A stretch of 63,994 nucleotides of DNA, filler included, from Phoronis australis (Eukaryota; Animalia; Phoronida): the NCBI GenBank assembly GCA_002633005.1. It is 7 parts of 7 records of this genome, joined end to end, with 100 filler letters (N's around TTAATTAATTAA, not from the genome) between each part and the next. Parts side by side here need not be neighbours in the genome. Positions count along the whole stretch, not along the records: positions 1 to 3,890 come from NMRA01002787.1; positions 3,991 to 8,820 come from NMRA01002480.1; positions 8,921 to 32,084 come from NMRA01000633.1; 4 more parts are not named here. The stretch is one strand, 5' to 3'. Positions 1-12,400 of the stretch are shown here, piece after piece. Below the pieces are notes generated by a model. The model had not been told where the DNA came from, searched no databases, and saw only the letters and a list, made by a program, of their open reading frames with translations. Positions within the stretch are counted from its first letter, which is position 1; each line of letters begins with the position of its first letter. A program made the translations under genes and the position numbers.

Positions 1-2093
1 CAAAGGTCCGCGTGCATTCCAAGTGGTCTCTGAAGGGGGCCCAAGCACAATTATAAAGGAAAATAGGAGCGTAACGCCCAGAAACGATAAGCTGGCAGCG
101 ACTTTCAGTCGCCCGTGGGGTGTGTCCTCAGGGCCCTTCAACACCCCTTCTCTTTATTCACCTATGGACGTGACACCATAACTATTTCTTTATCTTGAAA
201 TATTAATAAAAATTCCAATACTCGGCGAGAATACAAGTATGCCTGGTGGTTGCGCGTGCCGAAAAGTTCATCAATGATGCTGTCATCGGCGTAGCCCACT
301 GATCATGGCGTAAGTTATCATATTGAGACTACGCCCCACTATACCGTCACTTACGGCTCGTAGACGCTACATGTACGTTAAATTAAAAAGGTGGTTGCTA
401 CGATAAAATGTAAGAAGGTGGTTGGCTGCAAGTGCGTCACACGTACACCATAACTACCGGTGGGTAGGCGCTATGTTGAACAGCAAAAGGTAGTTGGCTG
501 CGCCTACATGCACCTACGCCCCACTACAGCACTGTCAGACTATTGACCAATCGATCCACAGACCCTTTGGACCACTCCATCCCTTGTTAAGTCATTTAAG
601 CAGACATCAAAGTTACTAAGAGAATTCAAAGATATTTTTTTTTAAATTATTTTTTCACAAGGTCTGGTCTGGTGTATGTGCCCTCTTTTTAATGACAACA
701 GAAAATATGTTTAGTGAATACACATTCTAGGCACTTGGTTAGTAAAGATTTGAGAACCTGTATATTTTGGAAACTTAGACAAAATAACTTCAGTAAATTA
801 TTTACCCTGGATTTTACCATTTTAAGTTTGAGATGTGGTTTTCAGTCACTGATTTCCAAGGGCTCATTTAAGAGTTAAAAAAAGATCTAAGGTTATTAGT
901 AGATCACTCACATTGAATCAATGTCAAAACATGTACGAATCAGTGTTTCTTGCTACGTTAAGTAAAAACTCACATTTAAAGAACAGGCAAACAACACAGC
1001 ATATCAATACCTTTGGTCACTAATTTTCCAGGTTTGTTTGAAGTGTAAAATATTTTTTAAGGAAAAGTGTTTGGTTGACATTTAGGACTGAACCGGACCA
1101 AACTGCGAAAGTTTTACTAAAGATTTTACACAATTGCCTCATGATATGTTTTAGTGTAAATGCTAGTATGTACATTTGCTTTTCCAGTATCTAGTTCTTG
1201 TTAGAATTTGTAACATGTACAGTTATTGCTTATTTATTTGATCGAGGGGCTTCATCTTAGAGGGACTTTTGTAGCGTTCCAGTCCACAAAATGGACGTTT
1301 TTCTTAGGAAAATCGGTACTGAAAAGACACCCATTTGTACGGAATTCTCTCAGAAAAGGCACCATTTCACAGTGAATCTGAAAAATCTTACGAAGTGCAA
1401 TTCTTCTCAGAGATATAAAGCATAGAAATCTACAACTCTCTGGAGTTTTTAAAGTAAAAGGATTTATTCAGCTCATAATACTAAGGGGGTGGTTAGATTT
1501 TGAAATATTTTTAAGAGGAACAGATGCGAGTATTTGGTCGCATCTTCTGCATTAGAAATAGTTTCTAGGACTCTATTAAAAGCATGTTAGCCATCCATAA
1601 TCACCACTCTGACACATGAATTTGCAATTACTTTAATAATCAAAATATTAAGGAATTTGAAAGACTTACCATAGCCTTTGATCTCGGATGTACCATAGAC
1701 TTAGATCTGGAATGTTCCATCTTCCACACAAACATTCTTGTTTCAGATAAAACGAAGTAAAACTTGTCTAAACTCAAACTCTAAAACGGATGTTCAACCC
1801 CAACTCAACACTAAAATCAAAACCTCAGACGCTTGTTGCAGTGTTAGGTCAAGTAACTTAATATCCTCCATGGCCATTACATAACAATATACCAATGTAG
1901 GTCACATATGGCACTCTGTAGCAGGACACTCATAATAACAGTGACATCTTTTGGGAGAGACTGCACAGAGTTATATATAGGATGTGGTGATGAAACCAAG
2001 TTGTTGAGAGAATACACGTGGAGGCACTGTGCATACCAAAGAACAGTATCTGATAGGTCTGAAATTGTGGGGCATTATATATACCCCACAATT

Positions 2094-2240
2094 TTTTGCA
2101 ACCCCACAGTAAAGGTCTCATATATAAAAATGCCCCGGATCTGTATAGTTCTCTTAGTATATATATATATATATATNTTTTGCAACCCCACAGTAAAGGT
2201 CTCATATATAAAAATGCCCCGGATCTGTATAGTTCTCTTA

Positions 2241-2282
<42 letters not shown>
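2094..2282. repeat. About 80-bp exact duplication separated by a single n (2177), ending in a (TA)n microsatellite; probable contig-overlap artefact
   Basis: ttttgcaaccccacag...ctcttagtatata occurs at 2094 and again at 2178. Confidence 0.85.
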
Positions 2283-2290
<8 letters not shown>

Positions 2291-2339
2291 CCACACATTT
2301 AACGATTGTTGCAATGGCAATGAAGTGATAAAGGCGATG

Positions 2340-2490
2340 ATTGGCGACAATGAAACATGAATAAAATTGGAGAAATTTAACACACAGAACGAGTTTATTT
2401 CAGGCAACATTTCGATATAGCGTTCAAAGTCTTGTCGTGGAAGTTCTACTTCATTTTCTAAGTACGTGAATGTGGTTTTATTTTATTTCT
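2340..2490. repeat. Dispersed repeat fragment; diverged inverted copy at about 17340-17482
   Basis: ggcgacaatgaa..aataaaat..tttatttcaggcaacatttc aligns to the reverse complement of 17400-17482. Confidence 0.6.
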
Positions 2491-3890
2491 TGAAGTCTAC
2501 GACGCTTTGCAACGAAACAGCTAAATACATGTATGTCCCCACCTTGATTGGAAACTTTCATTTCTTTACCGTGATTGAGTTCTAACCCTAAAATTGGGCT
2601 TGGCAAATCCTAAAATTGCCAAATTCGGCAAGGTCGCATGTAGGCATTGTCTGTGACTTGAATAGCTAACGCAAATTGTGCAGTAAAGATTATTGAGACA
2701 GATTACACGAGAGCAAATGCCCTGCGTTTTGTTTTATTAAGTAGGTGTATCTGCCTGCATCCCACTGGAATAGTTCAAACAGCTTTGTACCGAATGGTAG
2801 TTCAAACAAAATATGTCATTTTGACATGTGCTGTCCCAATGACTGTCATTTTTATCTCTGACAACCTGCGAGGCGTTTTACATAGTTATGTATGTATGGT
2901 ACGTTAATTGACTGATTCACGGAGGAATTATCGAAAAATGTAAGCTAACCAATGCAATTTTATGATGCCTTTTAATCAGCAATGGATTCCAAGTGATTTT
3001 TGACAATATGAATTAACCATATCTAAGGTCACGGTAACTTGGTGAAAGTGAAAATTTTCAACTACTGCAGTTGTACACCAGTTGAAATTCTAGTTGTAAA
3101 CTAATTTGCATCTGACAATTTTCAACTGGGCAGGAGTCATTCTACAGTTGTACCACCCAAGCTAACTTCAATGCTTGGATGAAATTCGGTATCATTTTAG
3201 AGTGGGTGCTTCCCATAACTATTGACATCAACAATTATGTGTTCTAAGTTATACTAACCTTGTCCCAGAGAAACCTTGGGTTCCTTTGGTTAAGCTCCTT
3301 CCAAGCAAGAAAACAGGCATTGCATTTGGAACTATTGTTACTTTCTTATATGAGCTTGGCCATGATGTTTTGATGATACTCATATTTTGCATGTTATGTC
3401 ATTATTCTCTTGATTTCCATACTTGTACTCCAACATCAATAACAGGAGAAACCAATAACATGCAATACAGCAACTCACAAATATTTTGCCCAGCATCTGA
3501 TGGCTCTGGACAACTGACCTACAGAATGATCCCCTTTGCTGGACAGTTGACCACCGTATTTTGCCACCTTTTTCACAAAATATTTGTGACCTATAGTGTG
3601 TAGACATAGGCTGGGTTGTATAAAATGTCAAATTCTTATACTTTGGACAACTTTGACTGTTGCATGACGTCAAAGGCATTGTTTAACAACAGTATCATAA
3701 TGCATAATACAATAATTATTACTGCTATCCCAGTATACAACTTTTCTGTAACTGGGTTCAGTGCATGTTAAATAAAAAAATCATAGAATGGACATTATAC
3801 TTAATGTTTAAAGACGAGAAATATAGACTTTGAATATTTAAGGAAGCTGTATATGAATACGTAAAAATAAGTCGACATGGAGGTTCAGTT

Positions 3891-3990
3891 NNNNNNNNNN
3901 NNNNNNNNNNNNNNNNNNNNNNNNNNNNNNNNNNTTAATTAATTAANNNNNNNNNNNNNNNNNNNNNNNNNNNNNNNNNNNNNNNNNNNN
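3891..3990. other. Assembly gap with TTAATTAATTAA spacer (same at 8821-8920, 32085-32184, 37682-37781, 59209-59308, 62803-62902)
   Basis: Six identical 100-nt N blocks with a central all-frame-stop linker. Confidence 0.99.
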
Positions 3991-6900
3991 ATTATTTAAT
4001 CAATCATTGGCTTTGATACAGAGTGAACTGTTTGGATTTGTCAATAATATTGAAAATAAGTAAGGATCTGTTGATGCAACACTCTTAATTTAAGGACCAA
4101 GTCCCTAATTATTTTGACTCAGTTATTTGTTATATTATTGGAAAATTTCATTAGTCAAATTGTGGTTCCCAATCAAGGTGAAATTATAGAGCTCTGTTAG
4201 TAAAGAATGAAACAAATACGGAGAAGATTTAGAGAAGTGCAACATACTCGAGTCCCTCAGTTAGGAATATTTCATGCAACTGGGTACTGGTCCCTATTTT
4301 TGATCAGGGTATGTCGTCTAATATTTGAAATATCCGCCCTGCTATATTTCATTTGTTGAGGCGTTCGCTGTAAATTGTTATTGCATTATTGATCCAAGTG
4401 CTGAGTGAACCGTCACAAGTGTGCATTATCTTACTTCACTTCAGAGCTGCACTTAAACTTAAACATGAAACGGTCCACTCCTTAGTATGTATACTTAAGT
4501 GGACAGCCAGTAACCATGGATACTTCAGTGGGCAGTCAGTATCTTGTCTCACTGAGAGCACATCATGCTGGCAGTGGGGATTTTCTGTTCTTTAACATTT
4601 GAAAATGAGGGCCCTGTATGAACTGTGTTGTGTTACAAACACTACAAATAAATGTCTCTCGATTTCTTGCCTAATCACTTGTTTTTAAGTGTTTTGTTGA
4701 ATATGATGAGTTATATAAGTACCAAAGTGTTGCCTATTACATGATCTCATCATGTTCACAGTCTCCATTATGTTAAGTCAATATGAATGCTTTCAGTGAA
4801 CTTTTGGTATGACATGGAATATGACATCAAGTACAACTACTACAAATTTGTGGAGAGTCTGTTACAATTGAAGGACCAATGATCAGAGAGGGCGCTAGTT
4901 GTGTGGAAGTCTCGTGTGACCAAAACAGAACAGATGAAGAACTGAAGAACTGAGAATGTCACCAACTGGGAAAGATTTAAAATTGCGGTTAAATATGCCT
5001 CAATCTTGAACAATAAATTTTAGGAAACGGGAATGTTTCCTGAAATTTAGGGAACATCTGGTGATTAAAAAATGTGAAGTAGGCAGTTATAGTGCTTTCA
5101 CTGATAAAAATGTTTTAATAAATATAAAATATGACATGGGATAGAAGTTTCACTTTTGTTCAAATGACTAGTGTAGGACCAGAACGTCATGTCTCAGAAA
5201 TGGCTGAACGGTTCATGTTAAACCTTCTGATACTGTGCTTAATGCACTGGTCCTTGTCGCTAAATGTAATTATGAGGATGTAATGGTGGTGCAACTGAGC
5301 AGATTTTTTGAAAGGAATCACGAACATTTTTTATTGTGAAATATGGCCGAAACCATCCTGGAAAGGCTTTGGACAATAACTAAGCTTAAAATGGAAATCT
5401 TGCGAACATATAGGCCTAGTTGAAGGGTAATATGAGCTATTTAGCGTACAATTAAAATAATTGTGATTATGTTGTTTTAAAACAGGCTGCGTTGAACATA
5501 ATGTTTATATAAGAAACCAGTTAAAAGGATTCTAAATCCTGTTTTGATGATTTCAACCAGTCCTTGTTCTGTCACCGGCTCTCACTCGCTATGCCACAGA
5601 TTGAACGTTATGGTCCTTAGTTGACTGTTTTCCCACAGTTGCCGTGTAATTTGCTAAAAGCTTAGGTCACGCTTTCCCGTTTAGCAGACTTTGACAGGTG
5701 TTTTCAAATTTTCCTATAAACCTTGAGGGTTGTCGTGGGTTACAGGGCATTATTTTGTTTCAGATTAGTGGATTCGAAAGTCGTTTTAATATCAGTTATT
5801 AGGTCAAAACCGGGTTTAATATCCTTTTAATGTGAACAAAACAGACAACCGACATAGGCGTGGGGCCGGGGACAGTGGTCGAGAAACTTAGAACGACTGC
5901 AAAGTACGGATAAGAGAGAACATTCAACAACTCTGCATCAGTGTATGATTTACCTTTCTACGACATTATATCGTTAGGGTCTCCGCTTTTGCAGCACAGG
6001 TCGTCTAAACGCACTTGAGTGAAAACGTGCACGAAATCAATCATACATATCTTTCGAAAAATCGTGAAAATTTGCAAAGCTAAGCTTTTGCGGAGCGTAC
6101 TAATTTACTGGATTTTCAAATTCAATAAGTCAATTTTGCGAATGCAAAACTATTTTTCCAGATGCCCCTCTCTAGCTGGCAAGGGATAACGGAGACAACT
6201 TTCTCGAAACTATATATTTGAGAAAATTGATGACCTGACAGATTTCATCAATTGCTGCGCATTTCCTGATATTTGAAAATATAGATATTTTGATATTTAG
6301 GGGCCCCGCCCTTGAAGGAGACTATTGGTGACATTCAAGTGGCCATTCTTTTTGTGTTGTTATTGATAAACTCTTGAGGGGCCACTCACGGAGATAGGAC
6401 TCAATGTTAGAACCGATTACCTCTGTTTTTCTATTTTTTGTGAAATCGTGCAACCGGCTTTCATGCTGAAGGTCACTACCTGCATCGTTTTGTGACGACA
6501 CGACGGTGGAATGAACTGTTATTCGTTTTCCAAGCTTAATGATGTTTGGCCTTTCATCTTTTAAAAGGTGTCCCATGTCTGACGGTACCCTTTCTCGGTA
6601 CAGGAGCAGTTTGGGGGAAATGTCCCTTTGTCCCTCTATACATGTAAATCCGACACTGCCACGTATTCTCGATGGAAGTTGAGATTCCAAATTCACCAAT
6701 AAAACACAAAACATTCATGTACAGCACAGCCATTCGACCCAAACAACCAAAAATTTGAAAAAAAATACAGTAGGATTGCCGCCATCGAAAGGGAGGAATT
6801 TTGAAGAACGTGAAGACCACTATTTGTGAATTACACAAAAGGACTATTTCCGATGATTAGTTATAAATCAATGTTACTGTTTTCCGTAGCATCAGAAGAA

Positions 6901-7659
6901 TAGTATCTCTTTTGAAGATGGTTACTATGAGTTGTTTGTAAGGAATTGCCACTCATGGAAAACATTGCTGTCTAAGCTACTATTTGTGATGACCGTGTAT
7001 GTGTCAAAAGGGGGTACTCAAAGAACTCTCGCAAGCAAAGATTTCAGCTTTTTTTGGGTCAGTTGAGTTCGAGTTTACTTCGTGAACCGTCAGGTACCTC
7101 TGAAATGAACAAAAATACACCTTAAAACGAATGCCTCATCTTCCATATCCCCCGGAAATTGCTTATAACATTACGTTTTGATAAACAAATTCGTTGGTTT
7201 CTGATTTACTATATCTATACGAAAATCGATAGATTCATAGACGATTTTGACAATTAGAAACTATTTGTAAAAATTGATGGTGTTTCAGTGAATTTAATTG
7301 CAACCTGAAGTTGGAAAAACTCTATAATCCGATCCCCAAATAGTAAAGTACACTTATAAACGATTTTTGCTTATCTAAAATAACTCTCAGACATTGATGA
7401 AATTCGGATTCACACACCGTAGATAGAAAAAGTTTAAACAATCCTTAAAAACATTGCGGGTTAATCATTGCTTCGAAGGTTCACTACTTCGCCAGAATGG
7501 CCACAATTCCAACAGTTATTTTTTTCCTAAATATGAGCGCAGCCCCAGAAATCGTTTTCGCATCCAGGTTTTAGTCATTCGTACCCTTGCAACATACATT
7601 CACTAGTAAGACAGAGCTCGGAGGCGACACCTGTGAGCAATCGGCTCGATTATCTGCCA

Positions 7660-7730
7660 GTGAAGTCCTAATTCGAATTTGGGTCTCCCAAACAGGAGTC
7701 CCGCCCTCAAACCACTGAGACACACAGCAT
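7660..7730 (-). mobile_element. Degenerate tRNA-derived SINE head
   Basis: Minus strand tgtgtctcagtggttga (A-box-like) ... aattcgaattagg (B-box-like) at tRNA-like spacing. Confidence 0.35.
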
Positions 7731-8920
7731 TACTGTGATTGTCTGCTAATGAGTCGTACAAACAGACATGAATAAAGTATTGTATTTGTGTCCATTTTAA
7801 AGGGTTGCAAAAGTTGAATGATTCTTAATACCTCGATTATATTGTTTACCAATGAGCTCAGATCCAATCACGGGGGGTGATGATTCTTGAATCTACTAAC
7901 GATTTATGTTCTCAAGTATGGACAGCATCTGGGGAAACGGTTTTAAGAAGACTATGCGCGCACACAGGGTGGGGGAGGGCTCGAACGAACCCCGAATTTG
8001 GCGAAGTGGGCAAAAAAGCCCGCCTCAGAGAAACAAAAAGTCCGAGAAAACGAGATAAAAGTCCACAGGAACTCAGCACGAATGCACAGTTCACAGGTCT
8101 GGACGTACAGTAGCCTACCCCGCTTTTTAGTCGCCGTTTCAGTTTTTAGTAAAAGGTCCACCTACTAGAATATTCGAGCCCATATTTTAGGCTGGATGCG
8201 CGCACGAAGACAGAATGGGACTCTTGACTTCGTGAAGACTGGCAGGGACAGTGTAGCCTATTAACTACATCTTATTTCGACCCGCCTTGGGCGTGTTTCC
8301 GATGGGTGAGGTTCAGGCGCAGCGGCCCTAAACTTTTCAGTTGCGCTCTGATACGATCCTGACATAGATTTGATGAATGTATAGTGGCTGATAATTCATA
8401 AATATTCCTACTTCATATTCTCTTTAAATTGCAATAACGTACTTTTTTCCGTCTTCGTAAGACATGCGGGCAATTTCTCATGCGCATTGAATCCAAACAA
8501 AATGTTTTAATACCCGAGCGTTGTTTTCGGTATAGGTACACCACTCAGTGCATCTAGTAACCAAAGTATTGTTCATTTTTGCTTGTAAAAGTATAAAAAT
8601 TACACTTGAGTTGTAAATTTTAGATCTTTTCGCAGTAGTGAACCTTTGAAACTAAATATTTCTGTCCGAGTAGATGTAATTTACAATTTCAGCACGCATA
8701 CAGCTGATATGAAAGTTTGGCAGGAGGTAACGCGAGAACGTTGTTGACCACATTACACCTGCGAATTTGAGTCCCGTTCTTTGCGAGCAACCGCCACAGC
8801 ATCTTCATTTCCGGTATTACNNNNNNNNNNNNNNNNNNNNNNNNNNNNNNNNNNNNNNNNNNNNTTAATTAATTAANNNNNNNNNNNNNNNNNNNNNNNN
8901 NNNNNNNNNNNNNNNNNNNN

Positions 8921-9180
8921 CAACTGTGTATCCTGTCATTATTGTTACTGAGCTCTATTCAACTGTGTATCCTGTCAACATTGTTACTGAGCTCTATCCA
9001 ACTGTGTATCCTGTCATTAATGTTGCTGAGCTCTATTCAACTGTGTATCCTGTCAACATTGTTACTGAGCTCTACCCAACTGTGTATCCTGTCATTATTG
9101 TTACTGAGCTCTATCCAACTGTGTGTCCTGTCATTAATGTTACTGAGCTCTATCCAACTGTGAATCCTGTCATTATTGTG
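8921..9180. repeat. 39-bp minisatellite, about 6.7 copies, running into a gap; lies in the tetraspanin 3' UTR region
   Basis: Unit caactgtgtatcctgtcattattgttactgagctctatc. Confidence 0.97.
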
Positions 9181-9206
9181 TAAAACGTCGAAAGCTTAGT
9201 TCATCA

Positions 9207-9407
9207 TCAATTCTGTTCACTCGGCCGAGAAATACGTCGCATTTGGGAAGCGTTTACGCCAGTGTACGGTGAAACCGCTGATCTAGAGCTTAATTTCCTC
9301 AGTGAAGCGTTTGGATCAAACACAGCGCTCTCGGTAGGGACCAATCGTTGTCGTCTCTTCATTTCGACGTGCTGGTATAGACTGCAAGCCGACAAAAATA
9401 CCAGCAG
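9207..9407 (-). CDS. Tetraspanin exon 7 (TM4 end LLVFLSACSLY plus cytoplasmic tail, TGA stop)
   Basis: atcatttcag| acceptor, in frame with exon 6; completes TM4 with juxtamembrane Cys; matches ORF 9207..9422. Confidence 0.85.
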   Translation of the reverse strand: MLVFLSACSLYQHVEMKRRQRLVPTESAVFDPNASLRKLSSRSAVSPYTGVNASQMRRISRPSEQN

Positions 9408-12400
9408 CTGAAATGATTTCAAGAAAATTTAATTTTGTGCTTGCTATAATGCCGCACATCCTCGTCCGTTTATACATAACCCGTCTGCCTGTCCGTTCAC
9501 ATACACACCCAACAATTTTTGTAATATAACTTTAAAGTTCACAATACGAATATGTTGGCTTTTACACAGCCCTAATAGAACTTGTACACAAAACAATTTT
9601 TTTAAAAAACGTAATTGAGCCCAATGCCTTTCGAACACGACACAAAATACTTGAAATACATTAACCATACAATGCGTTTCATTTTAGTTAAAAATTAACG
9701 CAAATAAGTGCCGTCAAAAGTCATTCCTATACGATGCCCGGCCACGATGCCCGTCCACGATGCCCGTCCACGATGCCCGTCCACGATGCCCGTTCACGAT
9801 ACCCGTCTATGATGCCTGTCTATGATGCCTGTCTATGATGCCACATTTCAGTGGTAGAGTACAAACTCAAACACAATCCTATAATTTATAGGAAATGTTG
9901 CTATTTCACCGATATCTTTCGATTTACAGAACTCGTTCTATTTTCTCATTGCTGAAAACAAAGTAAGGAATCAATGTACACTTCCGTGATCTGCCCACAA
10001 ATTGTTAACCTTATCAAAGGCATGCTCACTCGCTTCTCAAGTTCTAAATCAACTTTGTCTTGTAGTTCGCTGGGCAATACATGCCCACAGCCAAGGGTGG
10101 TTTGACGCCGGGTGCGAAAGGACCCCCACCGGCAGCTGAGGTCCCACCATCCAGAGTTCCACCTCAACCTGAGCTCGTGACAATTTCATTTCTAAACCAT
10201 TCAAAATGAAAGTGCACTATCCTAATGTTGCTCCTAAAATTTCCATGAAATCATTAAAATTCGGAGAATGAACGTAATTCACCCATGCACATGTATGTGG
10301 CCAGTAACACAAGCTATTATGCTTGAAGACCACACTGGCTAGGGCGGAGTTCTACAGCCTTCTCAGGTAATTCAGTAGATGCGTGTAGATTTTGTATTGG
10401 CGAAAACTTACATTGTAGAGGTGTGAAATTCCTGATAATTTGGTGTATATCTTAGGGATTTTTGTCTCACAGACACGGTAAGCGAACGTATGGCTTTATC
10501 GTCAAAAACTCTATGCAGAACATCACTAAGTAAAGGGGAGAGTGTCTAAAAGATACCAATTTTGATATCGTTGGCCAACCTGTCCAAAATTGAGCTGTTT
10601 CAAGTCAATGACAGGTGGCGTTTCAATTGTTCGTGTTTAGTTGGAAAAAACTACCAACTGCCATCACTGTGTAAGAGAAACTTTGAGAATTTGTGAGAGT
10701 TGCGTAATGATTCTTATGAAAATGTCGATTTTCATCTTAAAAGCTGTATAAGAAATGAACATGTTGGAAAACTGATTTTGAGAATTGCTCATGAATATTA
10801 ATGTGAAATGAAATTTGGCTATGCTGATAACGCTTTATCTTTCCTGAAACATTGTTTCTTTGCTAAATTTTATAAAAGAAAACATGGTCATGTGAAGACA
10901 GATTTGTGTTAAGTAGAAAAATTAAATTCCACAATCTTTCCACTTTCAGAAAATATGTACCTTTTCTGATTACAATTCTGCAATTTTGCAGAAAATTTGA
11001 CTAAAATCACATGCTCCTTGGTAAAGTTATTCACAAGAAATGATCATAATGCTCTACCCTTTATAGTATGGAAATTAATTGTTCCACCATAATAGAAGCA
11101 CTTGTGAATGGCTTCTTGACCTGAGAGAATAGTCCCCTGAAAACCGGTTTATGGACTTACAACGGGATGTCATGGCAATGTCTCAGGACAACTTATTTTT
11201 CGGGCGGATTCAACCACTGCAGCACCCCCAAGGCCATTTTATGGGGTTGCCCTATAACAAAATTATCTGCTTGATATCTCAAAATCCTCTTGCCGTATTT
11301 TAATGAGATTTGTCACAAGGGTCTAGAGCATGCCATTTTTGAATCTGTCAATGGTCCAGGGTCAGGGACCGGAAATTTAAGTATTTTCTGTTAGAGTATT
11401 TCCGGATCAGTGATATATTTAGAGCTGGTCGACACATCTAAATGCAACTTAGCAAGCACAGCGATATGCGATGGCAATGCTGCTGCACCAGTCGGTTTTG
11501 GAGCAAGTTGATGTCTGCAGCACCCCTAGTGGACATTTTGGTCTTGGTTAGGGTCTTTCCGCTGTTTCAGGAAAGAAGAGTGTTACCGGATGACATCTAG
11601 AAATGTGGTTAACGGATTCCAATGAAACTTTGACCCATAGGTATGTGACGGTAATGCGTATCAGCCGACATTCGGCCAGATTTGAGTACTGCAGCCCCTT
11701 CAGTGGCCGTAACACTTAGGACATAATTACAGCTACAAGTTTTGAGCTGATTTTAATAAATGCTGTGTCATTTTGTGTTTATCTTTGTATCTGCCAAACC
11801 CATGAAAAGAAATAAATCAGACCTGCTGTTTTTGACTGGGTAAGCTAACGGTGTGTCCTTTGTGACATATTTTATTTCTTCGCTGCAATGTTGAAAAATG
11901 TTTATTTTTTAAAGTTTTTAGTCGATGTTCGTTAAGGTGCGGTATCAACGCTTTTTGCCAATCCTGACTGTTGCAGCTACCCTTGTGGTCAGTCCTGACT
12001 GTTACAGCTACCCCTTGTGGTCAGTCCTGACTGTTACAGCTATCCCTTGTGGTCAGTCCTCACTGTTACAGTTACCCATACTTTCATGAAAATGATAACC
12101 ACAACTACAAACGTATCATTTGCGGTGCACTGTGGAACCATATCAACGTTTTGTCTCCGTATTTTACAACGGCGGGTTCGTTCTTGGGACATGCATCAGA
12201 GGTTATAGGTGGCGTTGTCATGCTCGGTTGATACGCGGAATAATGTCTTGTGGGATATTATTTCACGTACGCCACTCGAGGTACGTTTTGTATTTATCCC
12301 ATACGAATCGAATTCGTTAGTTTCTTTTGTTTTCTTTCGGCATTTTATAAATACTTCACCCTGACTGTTTACGTGGCTAATCACAACCTGTTGTGTATGT

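Noticed and set aside
1908-2410. 150-aa and overlapping YIYI-rich ORFs
   Set aside because: Produced by the (TA)n tract and the duplication across an n.
3935-3946. TTAATTAATTAA motif recurring six times
   Set aside because: Artificial scaffolding linker inside N gaps, not biological.
6322-6714. 130-aa ORF
   Set aside because: No recognisable domain and no convincing splice context.
10065-10170. GC-rich potentially structured RNA in intron 6
   Set aside because: Only short hairpins are visible; no Rfam-like motif or second copy supports it.
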